DNA of 63,084 nt, the filler included, from Patellaria atrata CBS 101060 (taxonomy: Eukaryota), in NCBI GenBank assembly GCA_010093705.1. It is 5 parts of 5 records of this genome, joined end to end, with 100 filler letters (N's around TTAATTAATTAA, not from the genome) between each part and the next. Parts side by side here need not be neighbours in the genome. Positions count along the whole stretch, not along the records: positions 1 to 29,533 come from MU006106.1; 4 more parts are not named here. One strand, given 5' to 3'. The notes beneath the pieces are model-generated. The model had not been told where the DNA came from. It saw only the letters and a program-made list of their open reading frames with translations, and searched no databases. Below are positions 1 through 10,968 of this stretch, piece by piece (positions within the stretch are counted from its first letter, which is position 1; the number at the start of each line of letters is the position of its first letter). The position numbers and the translations under genes are program-made.

Positions 1-589
1 GTTGCTGTTCGAAGCGAGTGTTAAGATACAAACAAAGATGAAGTGGATCGGTTAGCTTTATGAATGCCGAGTATGTAAGTTGTATAATACAGTCAGTCCT
101 GGGCTGTATAACTAAGTGTATAGAAGACAAGTAGAGAGAAGATGTTGTACGGACTACGGAGGAGTGTATTACACACCTTCCTGTTTCGGAGAGCTTGGGA
201 TGTGAGAGAGAGGGGAGCTCTAAGGTAGAGCTACCTTTATGCTGGAGTGGGGTAAAGAGTACAAGGGGGTGACCTTTTGAGGTATATATTGAGTAAATTC
301 AGCATTTTGATCTGGTACTGTACCTCTCGAAGCACACTTCAGAGCCAGAGACCCTCGTTTGATATTTACATTATTGACTGAATGAATGCTTATCTATCTC
401 ATGCTAATGTAGGTATGAGTCTTTTCGTCACAGTCGGAATCAGCAAACCACTGATTTGCACATGCTTTTGTGCTGCCTTTGATATCATACCTTCGTAGAA
501 ATACCAGTTCCTGAGTGTTCCCTCACTGATATGACCTCTCTCTAACTCTGCTCTTAGTAGGATCCTTCTGCTCTTCTCTCATTAGTCTC

Positions 590-3313
590 CTATCCCATCC
601 ATCTAACCCTCTCGCTTTTAAGAACATCCACCAGACCAACCGGCAAGAGGGACTTCTCTCCCAACTGCAGACCTCCAAACCTCTCAACCAAATGCCCGGC
701 ATACAACTGAACGATCCAAGCCCAATACGGCTTCTTCGCCTCAGCATGCCAAGTCAGGGTTGTGGGCAGAGTTGAAAACGCCTTCTTAACATCTGCTGTC
801 TCCTCGACCGTCTCTTCTCCTGGGACGGCGAGCAAGAAGCTGAAGGCCTTGGATAAGTGCGTAGAAGTCTCTTCCTGATACCTGGTGAATTCTTCGAACG
901 TCATGAAAGGTTCGTCGGATTCCGATTCAGATGCATCCTGAGGGCGGATGACACGCGAGCGCCTCTGCTGGCTAGCCAACTCACCCTTATTCCATTGCTT
1001 CTTGAGACGGTCATACTCGTCTGTCTCTTCCTCAAATGCCTGATCGATTCGCTTTGTCACGTTTCGAGGAGAAAGCTTATAGCTTGTGTACAAGGTGACG
1101 AATGGATTGCGAAGTTCCAGTCCTCCTAGCTCCACGGGAAAGTAGAAGAAACCATCTGGGACATGTTCAGCACCAAACCTTTCCTTTAGCATACCACGTA
1201 GATAATCCGTGACGTTTCCACTGCCTGTATCGGAGAAGAGTTTCAATTGGATGTGCTCGAATGTCTCGATCACCATATCGAGATGCTTACGTCCAAAACA
1301 GTTCGCGGGTTGTCCAAAATTGGTACTGAAGAATCGAGAGACATAACTATTCCAAGCTTGAACCCACGCAAAAACACTACGGCAAGCTCCCAGTTGAAGA
1401 CGCAGCTCAGCAATGTGCGTATCCACTTGTTCTCTGTCGATGATCCAACGACCTTCCACCGAATCGAGATATAAGAAGCCCCATCGGATCTTGCCACTGG
1501 GAAGTGACGTAGGAACTTTGGCATTCTTCTTCTTCGGATCGTCAACAATTTTCGTAGCGCCGGTCTTCTCCTCATTGAGTTCCATACCCATGATGGTAGA
1601 GAATTCTTTCAGGGCGTTCCAACCGTCAACGACAACACTCTCCTGACCCCAAAACCACAGATCATCATGGAACCGGTAGATGTTCGCTCCCTTTGTTCGC
1701 TTGTTCATGGCGAAGTCAAGGCAAAACATAACAGCCTCACCGAAAGCATCACTGAGAACGTGGCTCATGGGGATACCACACTTCCGGATCTGCGGTTGAG
1801 CATCTGGTCCATCCTGTACAAACACTACCGGCGAACTAAGAAACCTTTGAAAAAATCGCAACCATTTACCAGGGACGCCAAAGAATTTCAATACAGCGAA
1901 GATAGTATCATGCGGCAAAGATGGACCGAACCACTTGAAGTCCGACTGTAGAATGTTGAATTCGCCGTATATCTTCGTATTTAGGAGCATCTCTGCTGTA
2001 ATAAGGCGCAACATAGACTGTTTGATGGCTAGGGGAGTTTTCGTATCGTCCACTCCTGAGTCGGTCTCATCATTGTAATCGCGCGGGGTTAACGAGGCGC
2101 TATCCGGTAACTGTGTCATGAAGTAGTTCTCTTGATACATCGCCCTCCTCATGTTCCGTACAGAGTTGGTCTCAAGTCTGCTGTCACCCAAGAAATACTC
2201 TCGTCTCTCTTTGCCCTTCTTACTAATCGAACGGTAAGGAGACTGGGTCCATGCTCCGGAATGATAGAACTTAATAAAAGCGTCCTTCAATGCTACGGCC
2301 CAAGTAGTTCCAATGAAGTGAAGGAGGATAGCTTGATGAATCTCCTCGTCCATGAAGGCACGATACTTCCCGTTTAGCTGTCTACGCATCTGCATTGGTA
2401 CAGGTGATGGTTCCCATTGCCACTCATCTAGACTGTCCAGATCCATGTTCAGGACATCGACCATTTCACTGAGAACAGTAGTCCTAGATTGTAAGTCTAC
2501 AAGTGCTTCTCGCTTTTTACCAACGAAGAGATCCGCTTTCAACACTCCTTTGATGCATATTTTGAGTTTATCGATGGTAAATCTCTCATGAGAAGTGACG
2601 ATGCGGTCAGTCTCATAGTCTTCCTTCTTATCCTTGAGATCAGATTTGAAATCCATTACTTTCTTCATCGAATCTCGTAACTCTTTGAGTGGCGTCTTCT
2701 TCACCTTCTTAGATTGCAACGTAGATCCAAACAGCTCGTCGAGATATTTCTCAATCTTGCTTTGGTCGACCTTCTTCTCGGTGAAAGCATAAGACTCCCA
2801 TTGCTTACGTTGTTCATGCATCTCTTCGCGTCCAACGTGGCTAAAGGTCGAGGAACCGCTGTCACTGTCCGAATCAGAACCGTTACCACCAGCTTGGGGA
2901 TTCTCGGCGTCGGACGGAGTCGTCAGAAGCGCATCATTTGGGTTTTTGATCCATTCGGTGACAAGATTTCCGAACAAGGAAGCATATTCGTATTTCAAGC
3001 TCTGAATATCTAGACCATGTTCTAGTTTTGCTTGCCAATCTTTAAGCATGTGAGGAGATACGGAAGGATCATAGTGAGATTGGCGTATAAAACGGTCGAG
3101 ATTCTTAGCTGACAGCCCGATTTGTCGCATGTCAATGTTGTAGTCGTCATACCCGTCCAAGAGTTTGCAAACCTTGCTACGTTGGTGTGGAGCTGCGGCA
3201 ACGGCATCCAGGATTGACTTCTTCTCCGATTCATACTTCTCACGTTGATCGGCCAGCTTACTTAATTTCCGCTCGGTAACATGATGAAGAGTGGAAAGAA
3301 CTGCTGCGGCCAT
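590..3313 (-). CDS. rvt: Cellular reverse transcriptase-related protein (rvt family), 907 aa, intronless
   Basis: Single uninterrupted ORF with strong start context (CCACCATGG). RT motifs in order: LQSDFKWFGPSL, GIPMSHVLSDAFGE, catalytic YRFHDDLWF (FHDD codons at 1661-1672), LNEEKT, WGFL. N-terminal coiled-coil-like region, long insertion before the first catalytic Asp and a C-terminal YFPVELGGL motif. No gag, integrase, RNase H, LTRs or RIP damage, and it lies among housekeeping genes. Confidence 0.9.
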   Translation of the reverse strand: MAAAVLSTLHHVTERKLSKLADQREKYESEKKSILDAVAAAPHQRSKVCKLLDGYDDYNIDMRQIGLSAKNLDRFIRQSHYDPSVSPHMLKDWQAKLEHGLDIQSLKYEYASLFGNLVTEWIKNPNDALLTTPSDAENPQAGGNGSDSDSDSGSSTFSHVGREEMHEQRKQWESYAFTEKKVDQSKIEKYLDELFGSTLQSKKVKKTPLKELRDSMKKVMDFKSDLKDKKEDYETDRIVTSHERFTIDKLKICIKGVLKADLFVGKKREALVDLQSRTTVLSEMVDVLNMDLDSLDEWQWEPSPVPMQMRRQLNGKYRAFMDEEIHQAILLHFIGTTWAVALKDAFIKFYHSGAWTQSPYRSISKKGKERREYFLGDSRLETNSVRNMRRAMYQENYFMTQLPDSASLTPRDYNDETDSGVDDTKTPLAIKQSMLRLITAEMLLNTKIYGEFNILQSDFKWFGPSLPHDTIFAVLKFFGVPGKWLRFFQRFLSSPVVFVQDGPDAQPQIRKCGIPMSHVLSDAFGEAVMFCLDFAMNKRTKGANIYRFHDDLWFWGQESVVVDGWNALKEFSTIMGMELNEEKTGATKIVDDPKKKNAKVPTSLPSGKIRWGFLYLDSVEGRWIIDREQVDTHIAELRLQLGACRSVFAWVQAWNSYVSRFFSTNFGQPANCFGRKHLDMVIETFEHIQLKLFSDTGSGNVTDYLRGMLKERFGAEHVPDGFFYFPVELGGLELRNPFVTLYTSYKLSPRNVTKRIDQAFEEETDEYDRLKKQWNKGELASQQRRSRVIRPQDASESESDEPFMTFEEFTRYQEETSTHLSKAFSFLLAVPGEETVEETADVKKAFSTLPTTLTWHAEAKKPYWAWIVQLYAGHLVERFGGLQLGEKSLLPVGLVDVLKSERVRWMG

Positions 3314-3682
3314 GGTGGAGGAAGTAATTGTCTGTCTGTACGATCAATCCCGTTAAGCTTGATGGGAAGAGTTGGAATAAGCTGGAATTGGTATATCTGG
3401 GGTAACCGATCCTGGGAGTGTTTCCTCGATGCAACGTGCAGATTGACTCCTAAGATCAAGTTCCTGATGGTATAATCTCTTTTATGAGTGTGACACACGG
3501 ATTAGGCGGTCAACAAGAGGTTCCGTGATGAGAATGTCCTCAAGGGAATTGGAAAGGTGCTGTAGAGTAGAGTGGAAGAAAGAAAGGTTTGAGTTAAAAT
3601 ATAAGAGATGTTAAAATGTATTGATTGGAAAGGAATTTTTTATGTACATTTCCCGCTAAGGCAGCAGTGACAACACATTGAG

Positions 3683-3689
3683 TGAGTCA
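3683..3689. promoter_or_regulatory. Candidate Gcn4/CPC-1 (AP-1-like) response element upstream of rvt
   Basis: Perfect TGAGTCA (TGACTCA on minus) 370 nt upstream of the rvt ATG. It is about 40 nt upstream of a TATA-like CATAAAAA (minus, ~3636-3644), which is followed by a pyrimidine-rich tract on minus. Confidence 0.45.
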
Positions 3690-3976
3690 GGTGCGGTGAG
3701 CCTAGCTGAGCAACTGCGGTGTCTACATTTTATGATGAAAAGAGGAATTAATCGATGCCTAAAAGGAAGATGTACTCTCTGAGAGGAGGTGTACTCCACC
3801 CGATAGTATTCGTGGATGGAAAGAAACCTAGAAGAACTATAGTGAAAGTGGGCGAGGGTGAGAATCTGATCAAAGCACGGTGCATAACTCATAATTCTCT
3901 CCCTTATTTACCAAAAAATACATCAACCCCTAAAAAGAAGCGAAAATCTGCATGAAAAAATGCTAAAAAAGAAAAT

Positions 3977-4067
3977 TGTCGCTTGTGTGGATCGAACACA
4001 CTACCTTCAGATTTGATGATTGAAGTTATACTTCAGTCTGACGATCTCCCAAATGATCTAAAGCGAC
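3977..4067 (-). tRNA. tRNA-Phe(GAA) with 18-nt intron (4013-4030)
   Basis: Minus strand folds as a cloverleaf: acceptor GTCGCTT/AAGCGAC plus discriminator A, D stem GATC/GATC, anticodon stem TCAGA/TCTGA with CT-GAA-G, intron after nt 37, T arm GTGTG-TTCGATC-CACAC. An oligo-T Pol III terminator follows (A run at 3965-3975 on plus). Confidence 0.93.
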
Positions 4068-4627
4068 TAAATGATTGTTGAGAATCGTTTTGAGTACAGT
4101 ACTACATAAATTTCATAATAGCTGCCTAAACCCCGCTTTTGAACCATGGCACACATTTAGCCAATAGTGCAGTGATCTGAAAAAGGTTCACCGACAAGTC
4201 CCCGGCAAGATATACAATACAAAGTTACTTATCCTCTGTGGATGGTGGAGTATCCATATCTCGTATCAAGGCATCGAGTACATTTTTACCATTCTTCACT
4301 ATTGAACATTTGAAATAGGGATTTTACACTCCATCATAGTCATAGATTGATGACATAACTTAAAAGGGTGTATATATATGATTTCCCCTGGAAGATTCAC
4401 ATTATAGCACTCTTTTACCATAGCCATGCACATGAGAACCATTCTAAACTGTACTTCTATACGGGAACAATTTGGTCTCTCTCAATGTGGAACCTCTACA
4501 CCCACCTTTAAGCCAACGAGTCAACACCACCCCTGTCATTCACGCACTCGAAGCCTTATCAAAACACTCCTCTCCAACACGCTCAATCGGATGCAAAAGA
4601 CCGAAACCACAAACCATCTCTATGCTT

Positions 4628-5812
4628 TTAAGCCGCGGCAGGTGCGGGCGCGGGTGCTTTCCCCTCCAGTGTCGTTTCACCTTGCGGTGCAACTGTGCTC
4701 TCCGTCTGAGGAGCCGCCTCAGCCGACTCAGGCTTATTCTCAATAGTGTCATCGTCCCGCTTAGCCCACTTAGGAGGTGTATAGTATTCCCGCTCCTGCC
4801 AAGGGCCTGCATCGCTAAGCATGCAACCCTCAGCGCACTCGCACGAACCGCCAAACGCAGTAGGAAGATTCTCCTTGGGGATTTGCGCGAGCAACTCCTT
4901 CTCGTAGCCGGTACCTAAAATGTGGATCTTCTCCACAGTAACGGGGTCCAAGAACCTCTTGACGAAGTTGAAGACGGCGCCGAAACCCCAGGGTGCGTTG
5001 ATGACGTAGAGCTTTCCGAGCCGCTCGGGATAGTAGTTTTGTGATATCGCCGAGACCTTTCCCAGGTAACCGTACACTGAGCTAGCTTTTGAGATACCCA
5101 CCCCTTTAAGGTCCATTATGGAGCAGGAGGTTTCGAGCAGGTGTCCAGCCTTGCGACAGCAGGCTGGGAGACGAGGATCAGCCATCTTCTCGTACTCGCA
5201 CACGAGATTCTGTATCATGCGTTCTTCGGTCGTAATTTTGTACATAGCCGTCAGATCGACTTTGCCCAGTTGCTCGATGTATACAGGGCGTCCATCCTTG
5301 AAGCTGTTTAGCAAACGGTCTATCCGAAATTCGGGTGTCCCACCTTGTCCGTTTTATGGTAATACTGGGGATAATACTGAAAAACCTTTGGTTTCTCCTT
5401 ATAATCAAATGTTCTGACTAGATTCTCAACACCACCTCCAAATTCACTCCGCCACTTCTCAGAGTCGATAAACCTAATAGAGTAAGCCCCGCCGCAGCTG
5501 ATATGGACCAAAAATTACATTTGTTTGGAGAGTTCGACGTTGAATTTTCGTGCTCGTAGGAATCTGAGCTAGCCGTACTATTAGAATTTTAATCCACGTC
5601 GGGGGTAGCTGAGCGAACTCTACCATGGTCATAGTATCCAGTCTCTCAGTATAACCGGCCTGCTCGAGCAGTGATCTCAGCTGGAAAACTTGCGCATCCT
5701 GCTCGGGTGTTGTCCAGCCAGGATGTCCATTGTGTGGGACGGGGCTGTTCGTTGGGAAGTCGTAGTTATCGTACTTAGGATCTTGCTTCAAGGGGTTTTC
5801 GACAGGTGCCAT
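4628..5812 (-). CDS. SEC14: Sec14 cytosolic factor (PI/PC transfer protein, CRAL-TRIO); exons 5624-5812, 5519-5568, 5344-5473, 4628-5296
   Basis: [51 protein letters not shown] and LPTAFGG motifs reassembled across GT-AG introns. Confidence 0.93.
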
Positions 5813-6249
5813 GTTGTATTACGCTTGCGGAAAGAAAAAAGAATAGCGGAATAGTAAGTAAAGAGTGCCTGCTCCCTCTAAGATATTTGCAGGGAGACTG
5901 TGAGAGTGGGGAGCTGAATGTTGCTAGGGGAGCTAGTCTAACGTAAAGTGTAGGTGTGATGTGTTTTGAGGATGAGGTTGCCGAGAGAGGACGTTGAAAA
6001 AACACAACCAACGTTCTCGCCAGATGATGCATAGCTGCATCATGATTGGATATACTTTTGCATGCACCTCGATATCATGTGAATTCCTCAACACTTATGA
6101 TTTCCATGTCTTAATTAGTCAGACGATAGTTAGTAGCACCATACGGATATTATAACAAGTCACAGGCACACATATACTGCACAGTAGAGCTATGGAATTT
6201 TGAAGCATAACAAGTGCAAGTCATATTGCCTATATGGAAATGAAGATGT

Positions 6250-9215
6250 CTATCTGCCACCGATCGGACTTAGAGGATCGCGTTGACTGCCAGGGTTACT
6301 ACCATTCGCACTACCAGACCCGCTGCCATTGCTCCCTTTTCTCTCATAGCCCACAGGTGCGTTGTGAGTTCCAAGGAGAGCGTCACGTTCGGGGTCGTCA
6401 AGGTCAGGTGCAGTGAATCCGCTTACACCCGATAACATTGAGCTTGAGCGACCTCTCCCCTCACGGAACTTGGGTGCGGGTGTCCCTTGAAAAACATCCG
6501 TACTCGGAGGTAATCCGAATGTCTGATAGTTCAATGGTGGGAATTGAGGAAGTGAGTTGCGATTGCTGGCTCCGGGAAGGTTCCCTTCCGGTGTGGTTGG
6601 CACGGAATTAGGATAGCCAGTCGCTTGCTGAGAGAGCAGGTTTTCGACATGACTTATCTGCTGAAACATGCGGTCATTAGCTAAGTTCACATCATGTAAC
6701 TGACTTTCGAACTGCGCAATAGACCTGACATATTGTTTTTCTTGATCACTACGAGAGGCAAGTCGAACGGCCCGTAACTTTTCCCTTCGTGCTTTTTCGT
6801 CCATATCTTGAGTAGTAGCAGCCATAAGAGTAGCGTATTGCTCGTTAAGTTTGGTTTGACGAGCTTGTAATCGATCACGCTTTTGGATGGCGGACGCGAT
6901 CTCAGCTTGAATGTGAGCGACCTCGGTATCAGCGGTTCCTTTGCATTGGCTATAGTCCTCGGAGACGGCAGATCTATGGGCTCTCTCCTGTTTCCAAGCT
7001 TCTTTTTTAGCAGATGCTTCCTCGATTTCATTTCTAGGTATTTCTCCGAGGGTATCTATCTGGTGACATATATCAACGGTAGACTCTTCTGTTTGTCGGA
7101 TCGTTTGCTTGAATTGGAGAACCTTAGATTTTTGTCTATCGTCAGTACCGCCAGATGAAGAGACACGGTTATTTAAATTATCGACCTCTTTCCTTAAGGC
7201 TCCAGTGGCGCCCTTGTGGTCTTTCCGGTTACGTTTCTGCCGGTTTCGGTTCTCTGACAGCTTCTGTTCCGCTGCCAAGATAGAGTTCTTGAGAGTTGTT
7301 GTAGGAGATGACGGACGGAGAGATTGATGTGTTGTAGGGGCAACGACAGAAGCTGTAAATGAGTTAGGAGATCAGTTCTCAAGAGAAGGTTTCAAGTTAA
7401 TAAAGAGAGTATGTACTGACCCGGCTCAGTAGCAGGTGCCGACTGGGTAATGAGGCTCGCAGAGTATATTGGAGTATCGTCTGACATACGAACGAACTCG
7501 ATGTAGTAACTCGAGAGGGGCGTAAGACCGAAAATTTCTCCAGAGTATGCGTCTACGTTATCACCACTGTAACTGCCATTTGGATGTATCTCGTTGATCC
7601 GTGTCGAGCTCCAATCTGCACCATTGACTCGCACATAGAATGGTTTCGACTTATCGATACCAGATCCTAAGTTTGCACCATGTCTCATACCGTCGTGGAC
7701 AGCCATTGACATTTCTCTGAGAAGGTTTAAGCCGAAAGATATATCGGTAGAACCAATAGCGGAGATCCACACGCGATCCTCCTCTTGGATGAAGTTTGCA
7801 TTTCCAACATGATATGCATCCGTTGCGTTTGCCTCTGCGGCATCACTAGAGGCCTGACTATGCTCCATTTCTTTGTAAACAGTAACTTTTGTACTTGCAA
7901 GTGCAGCCCAAAATGGCTGCTGACTACGAACTTGATTAGATTGCTTGCGCTTCTTCTTCCCACCAGTGCTCCTTTCTTTAGCTTCACGTGCAGCGGGAGA
8001 TGGGCCTGGCGGCCTTCCATCCGTGCTGGAACTGGAGCCCGCGTCCGTCGTATTGGAATCTAGAGCACTGAGGTTAGCTCTAAGCATCTGACCAGCTGCT
8101 GCAGCTTCGGGGTCGTTTTTCTTGTCAGGGGAGTACCCAGACAGACTTTCTCTGTTTGCTAAGGACCGGCGGATGAGCCGCACAACTCCTTGCGTTAAGA
8201 TATGTACTCCGAGTAAGCTCCGAAGCCAACCATGGGGAACATTGAAAGTGTCTGGGTAGTCTGACATTGTCGGCGGGTGTTTAGAAACAGGAAAACCGAT
8301 CTTGTGAAAGCCGACCCATAGGAGCTGGAGACCATAATGGCGAACCGGATTGTAGCGGAGTGTGTGAGAGATGATGATTATAACAACGCAAAGAAACAGG
8401 CTGTTCGTAGAGCCGCCTGTGCCGGCCGCAGCACCCCCGAGGGAGATTGCGATAACAGCCTGTGCGAGGTCCAAGGTGATATTTTGCACTGGGACGCTCA
8501 ATACAAGCCAGAATATGAGGATTATGATATCGGCAAAGATGATCGTGGCCATTGAGGGTGTACCACCAGCACCTTGGAACATGTCATTAAGAGAGGGTAG
8601 GGCGGAGAGAGATGTACCGGTTGACGGCGGTACAAACGTGAGTGTTGCGAAGAGACAATGGATGATGGTAAGGAAAGTCGGGGGGAGCTGTAGAAGAATG
8701 ATGAGGATAGCAATGACGTCTCGGAGAGGACATGAGGCGATAATTGTAGAAGCTAAGGTGAACACATTGCCTGCATTGGCGATGCCACTCCCCTTGACTC
8801 CATTGATGTCCATCCTGCTGGGTATGGGGCGCGAAACTGGGTCCAGTATATGGTTGATGTTTCCGTTGGTGTAACGATAGGAGTCCTGACCATCGAAAGA
8901 CAGTTCTGAATATGCTCTCGCCCTGGGATCGAGTTGAATATTGTCGGGAGGGGAGCCATTCGCAGTAGAGGAGGAGCTACTATCATGATGGAAGCCATTC
9001 GGTACATCATCTAGGTTGCCATTACCCAGAGTCAAATGCTGTTCTAAATCCGAGGACGGAAGCGGCGGCGTAGGTGTCTGGAGCCGTCCATTTGTATGGC
9101 CGTTCAGCTTTGGGTTTGATTTTTGCCTGTGTATACGTTTGCCAGGTGCAGCCAGTCCGCTTTCGTGTCGCTTGTCGTGTTGATTCGCCTTGGGCCTCAC
9201 TTTCGTCGACGGCAT
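6250..9215 (-). CDS. acrB: Probable ubiquitination-network signalling protein AcrB (TM segments plus C-terminal coiled coil); exons 7421-9215, 6250-7352
   Basis: N-terminal KQ/RQKSN-type motif, CPLRDVIAILIILLQLPP, QQPFWAALASTKV, FYVRVNGADW, coiled-coil C-terminus. GTCAGT...CAG intron at 7353-7420. Confidence 0.75.
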
Positions 9216-10968
9216 ACAGTAACTTTGATGTTATGGCAAACTCAGACCCTCAGCTGGCTCGACGTGACGCAGCAAGACGAGCCAAGCATGGGGGGATGAG
9301 CCTGGTAATGTGGAGGGAGGGAGGGAGGAGGGATGGGAAGGTTTTTGTGGGTGGAAGGTGAGTTTGTTTCGCGGTGTAAGTCTGCCGATGGGATGGCTCA
9401 GAGTAAAACGGCCAGGGCTTGGCATCTCTTTGTCACAAACTACCTTACGACAGGACCTTAGCTTGAACATTTCACATGAAAATACCCTTTATTCTAGTAT
9501 GCTTATACTTTTGCCGAATCATGTATCCTTTGTTCTTATTCTGCTATTTTCTATGCAATGGAGAGCTGTAGTTTCATGTAAAACAATGCATTTTGGTTTT
9601 GTCTATTTTTGACTGCAATATGTATTGGAAAAAAAGCTGTGATACCGCGGGCCCTCGTGTAACAAGGAGTTGGAAGTTTTCTTCAAGTCAGTCTCAGTCC
9701 ACATATTCTACCTATCTCTCTCTCTCCTATTCTCATATTTTTTGTTATTCGGTTGGTCTCGGACTGTCAGCAAAGCTAGAAGTACTGAAACTCCAAAAGA
9801 CCTGGTGACAGCGGCAATAATAGAGTCAGTAGCGTTGTTAGATTGTTAGAGTGAAGTGCGTGAGTGGATGGAAGTTATTGCGGTTATGCTCCTTCAAGCT
9901 TACTAGAGAGGGTCAGCCCCTACCTTTGTATACCTATGGTAAGTTCTTTTATCCCGAAAATGGCCTTTTATGTACCTTACGGTAGATCGCGGAAGGCTTG
10001 CGAGCGGATGTGGAAATCCTCACAACGTTCAAGGCCCGAAAACGATCACCCTCCACCAGATATCCATGGATAGCCTAGAACCACGGAGTACATTTACGGA
10101 GGTACAACCCCACCAAACATTGACTTCTTCTCCCCTGTCCCCGTTTCGACTGTCGAGGGGAAGAATACTGCCCGCAACGAGCTACCTGGGTAAAAGTCCT
10201 CCTTCCCCTCCGCCTTGTTAATCCCTTTCTTTTTTTGCTTCTTACCGCAAGCTTCAACACCGCCAAAAGCTTACTCTAACTGACCTGATAAGGGCCTTCC
10301 ACCTGGAATTGTATGCCCGCATCAAAATGACATATCTCCAAGGATGAGAAACATCAAACTTTTGCCTCACCCTCGCACGATAGCCGCCAATTTATCCAAA
10401 AGCTTGGTAGTATATCTGCTTAGACTGCTTTGCTGTACGACTTATCCCGGGTATGCCCCGAACGAATGATTCGCCCGTATAGAAATAATGATGATAGGGT
10501 TATCCTTTCGGAGCGACCCCGCTGTTAATTGCATGTCTAGAAACGTCAGTCTATAGCCAGGTATAGCCAACTATCGTCTCTGCCGACACGACAATCTTGC
10601 TATGTCTGGCTTCATTAGGCTGCCTGTAAAAACTTGAAATGGTCACACCGCATGATATATCTGCACCAATCTGCAAGCTCTTACACCTTTTGTAGAGCAG
10701 CTGGAGCCCCAAGTGGGGAGTGGATGCAATTTGAGCATCGACAGTCGCTACGTTGACGCTCACAAGAGACTGTAGAGTTGAAACACTTCTTTTTCATCTT
10801 ATTAGTAGTAATCATGTAGGGGAGGGGAATAAAGTAAAAAAACAGTTGAAGTCAGGGCATAAAGGTGATGAAAATGATGGGATAGCAATCCTATGCTTGT
10901 CACGCGAGCATGTGTTTGTCCAATGGATGATTGAGAGAGTGCAAATAACATCCTAAAGATAAGCAATA

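Noticed and set aside
590..3313. Interpretation of the RT ORF as a LINE/LTR retrotransposon or bacterial contaminant
   Set aside because: No endonuclease, RNase H, integrase, LTR or poly(A)/TSD. It has a eukaryotic start context, is contiguous with intron-containing fungal genes and is not RIPed.
10488..10590. Box C-like ATGATGA followed by a small hairpin in the 1.7-kb intergenic region
   Set aside because: No properly placed box D (CTGA) or terminal stem found, so a snoRNA is not supported.
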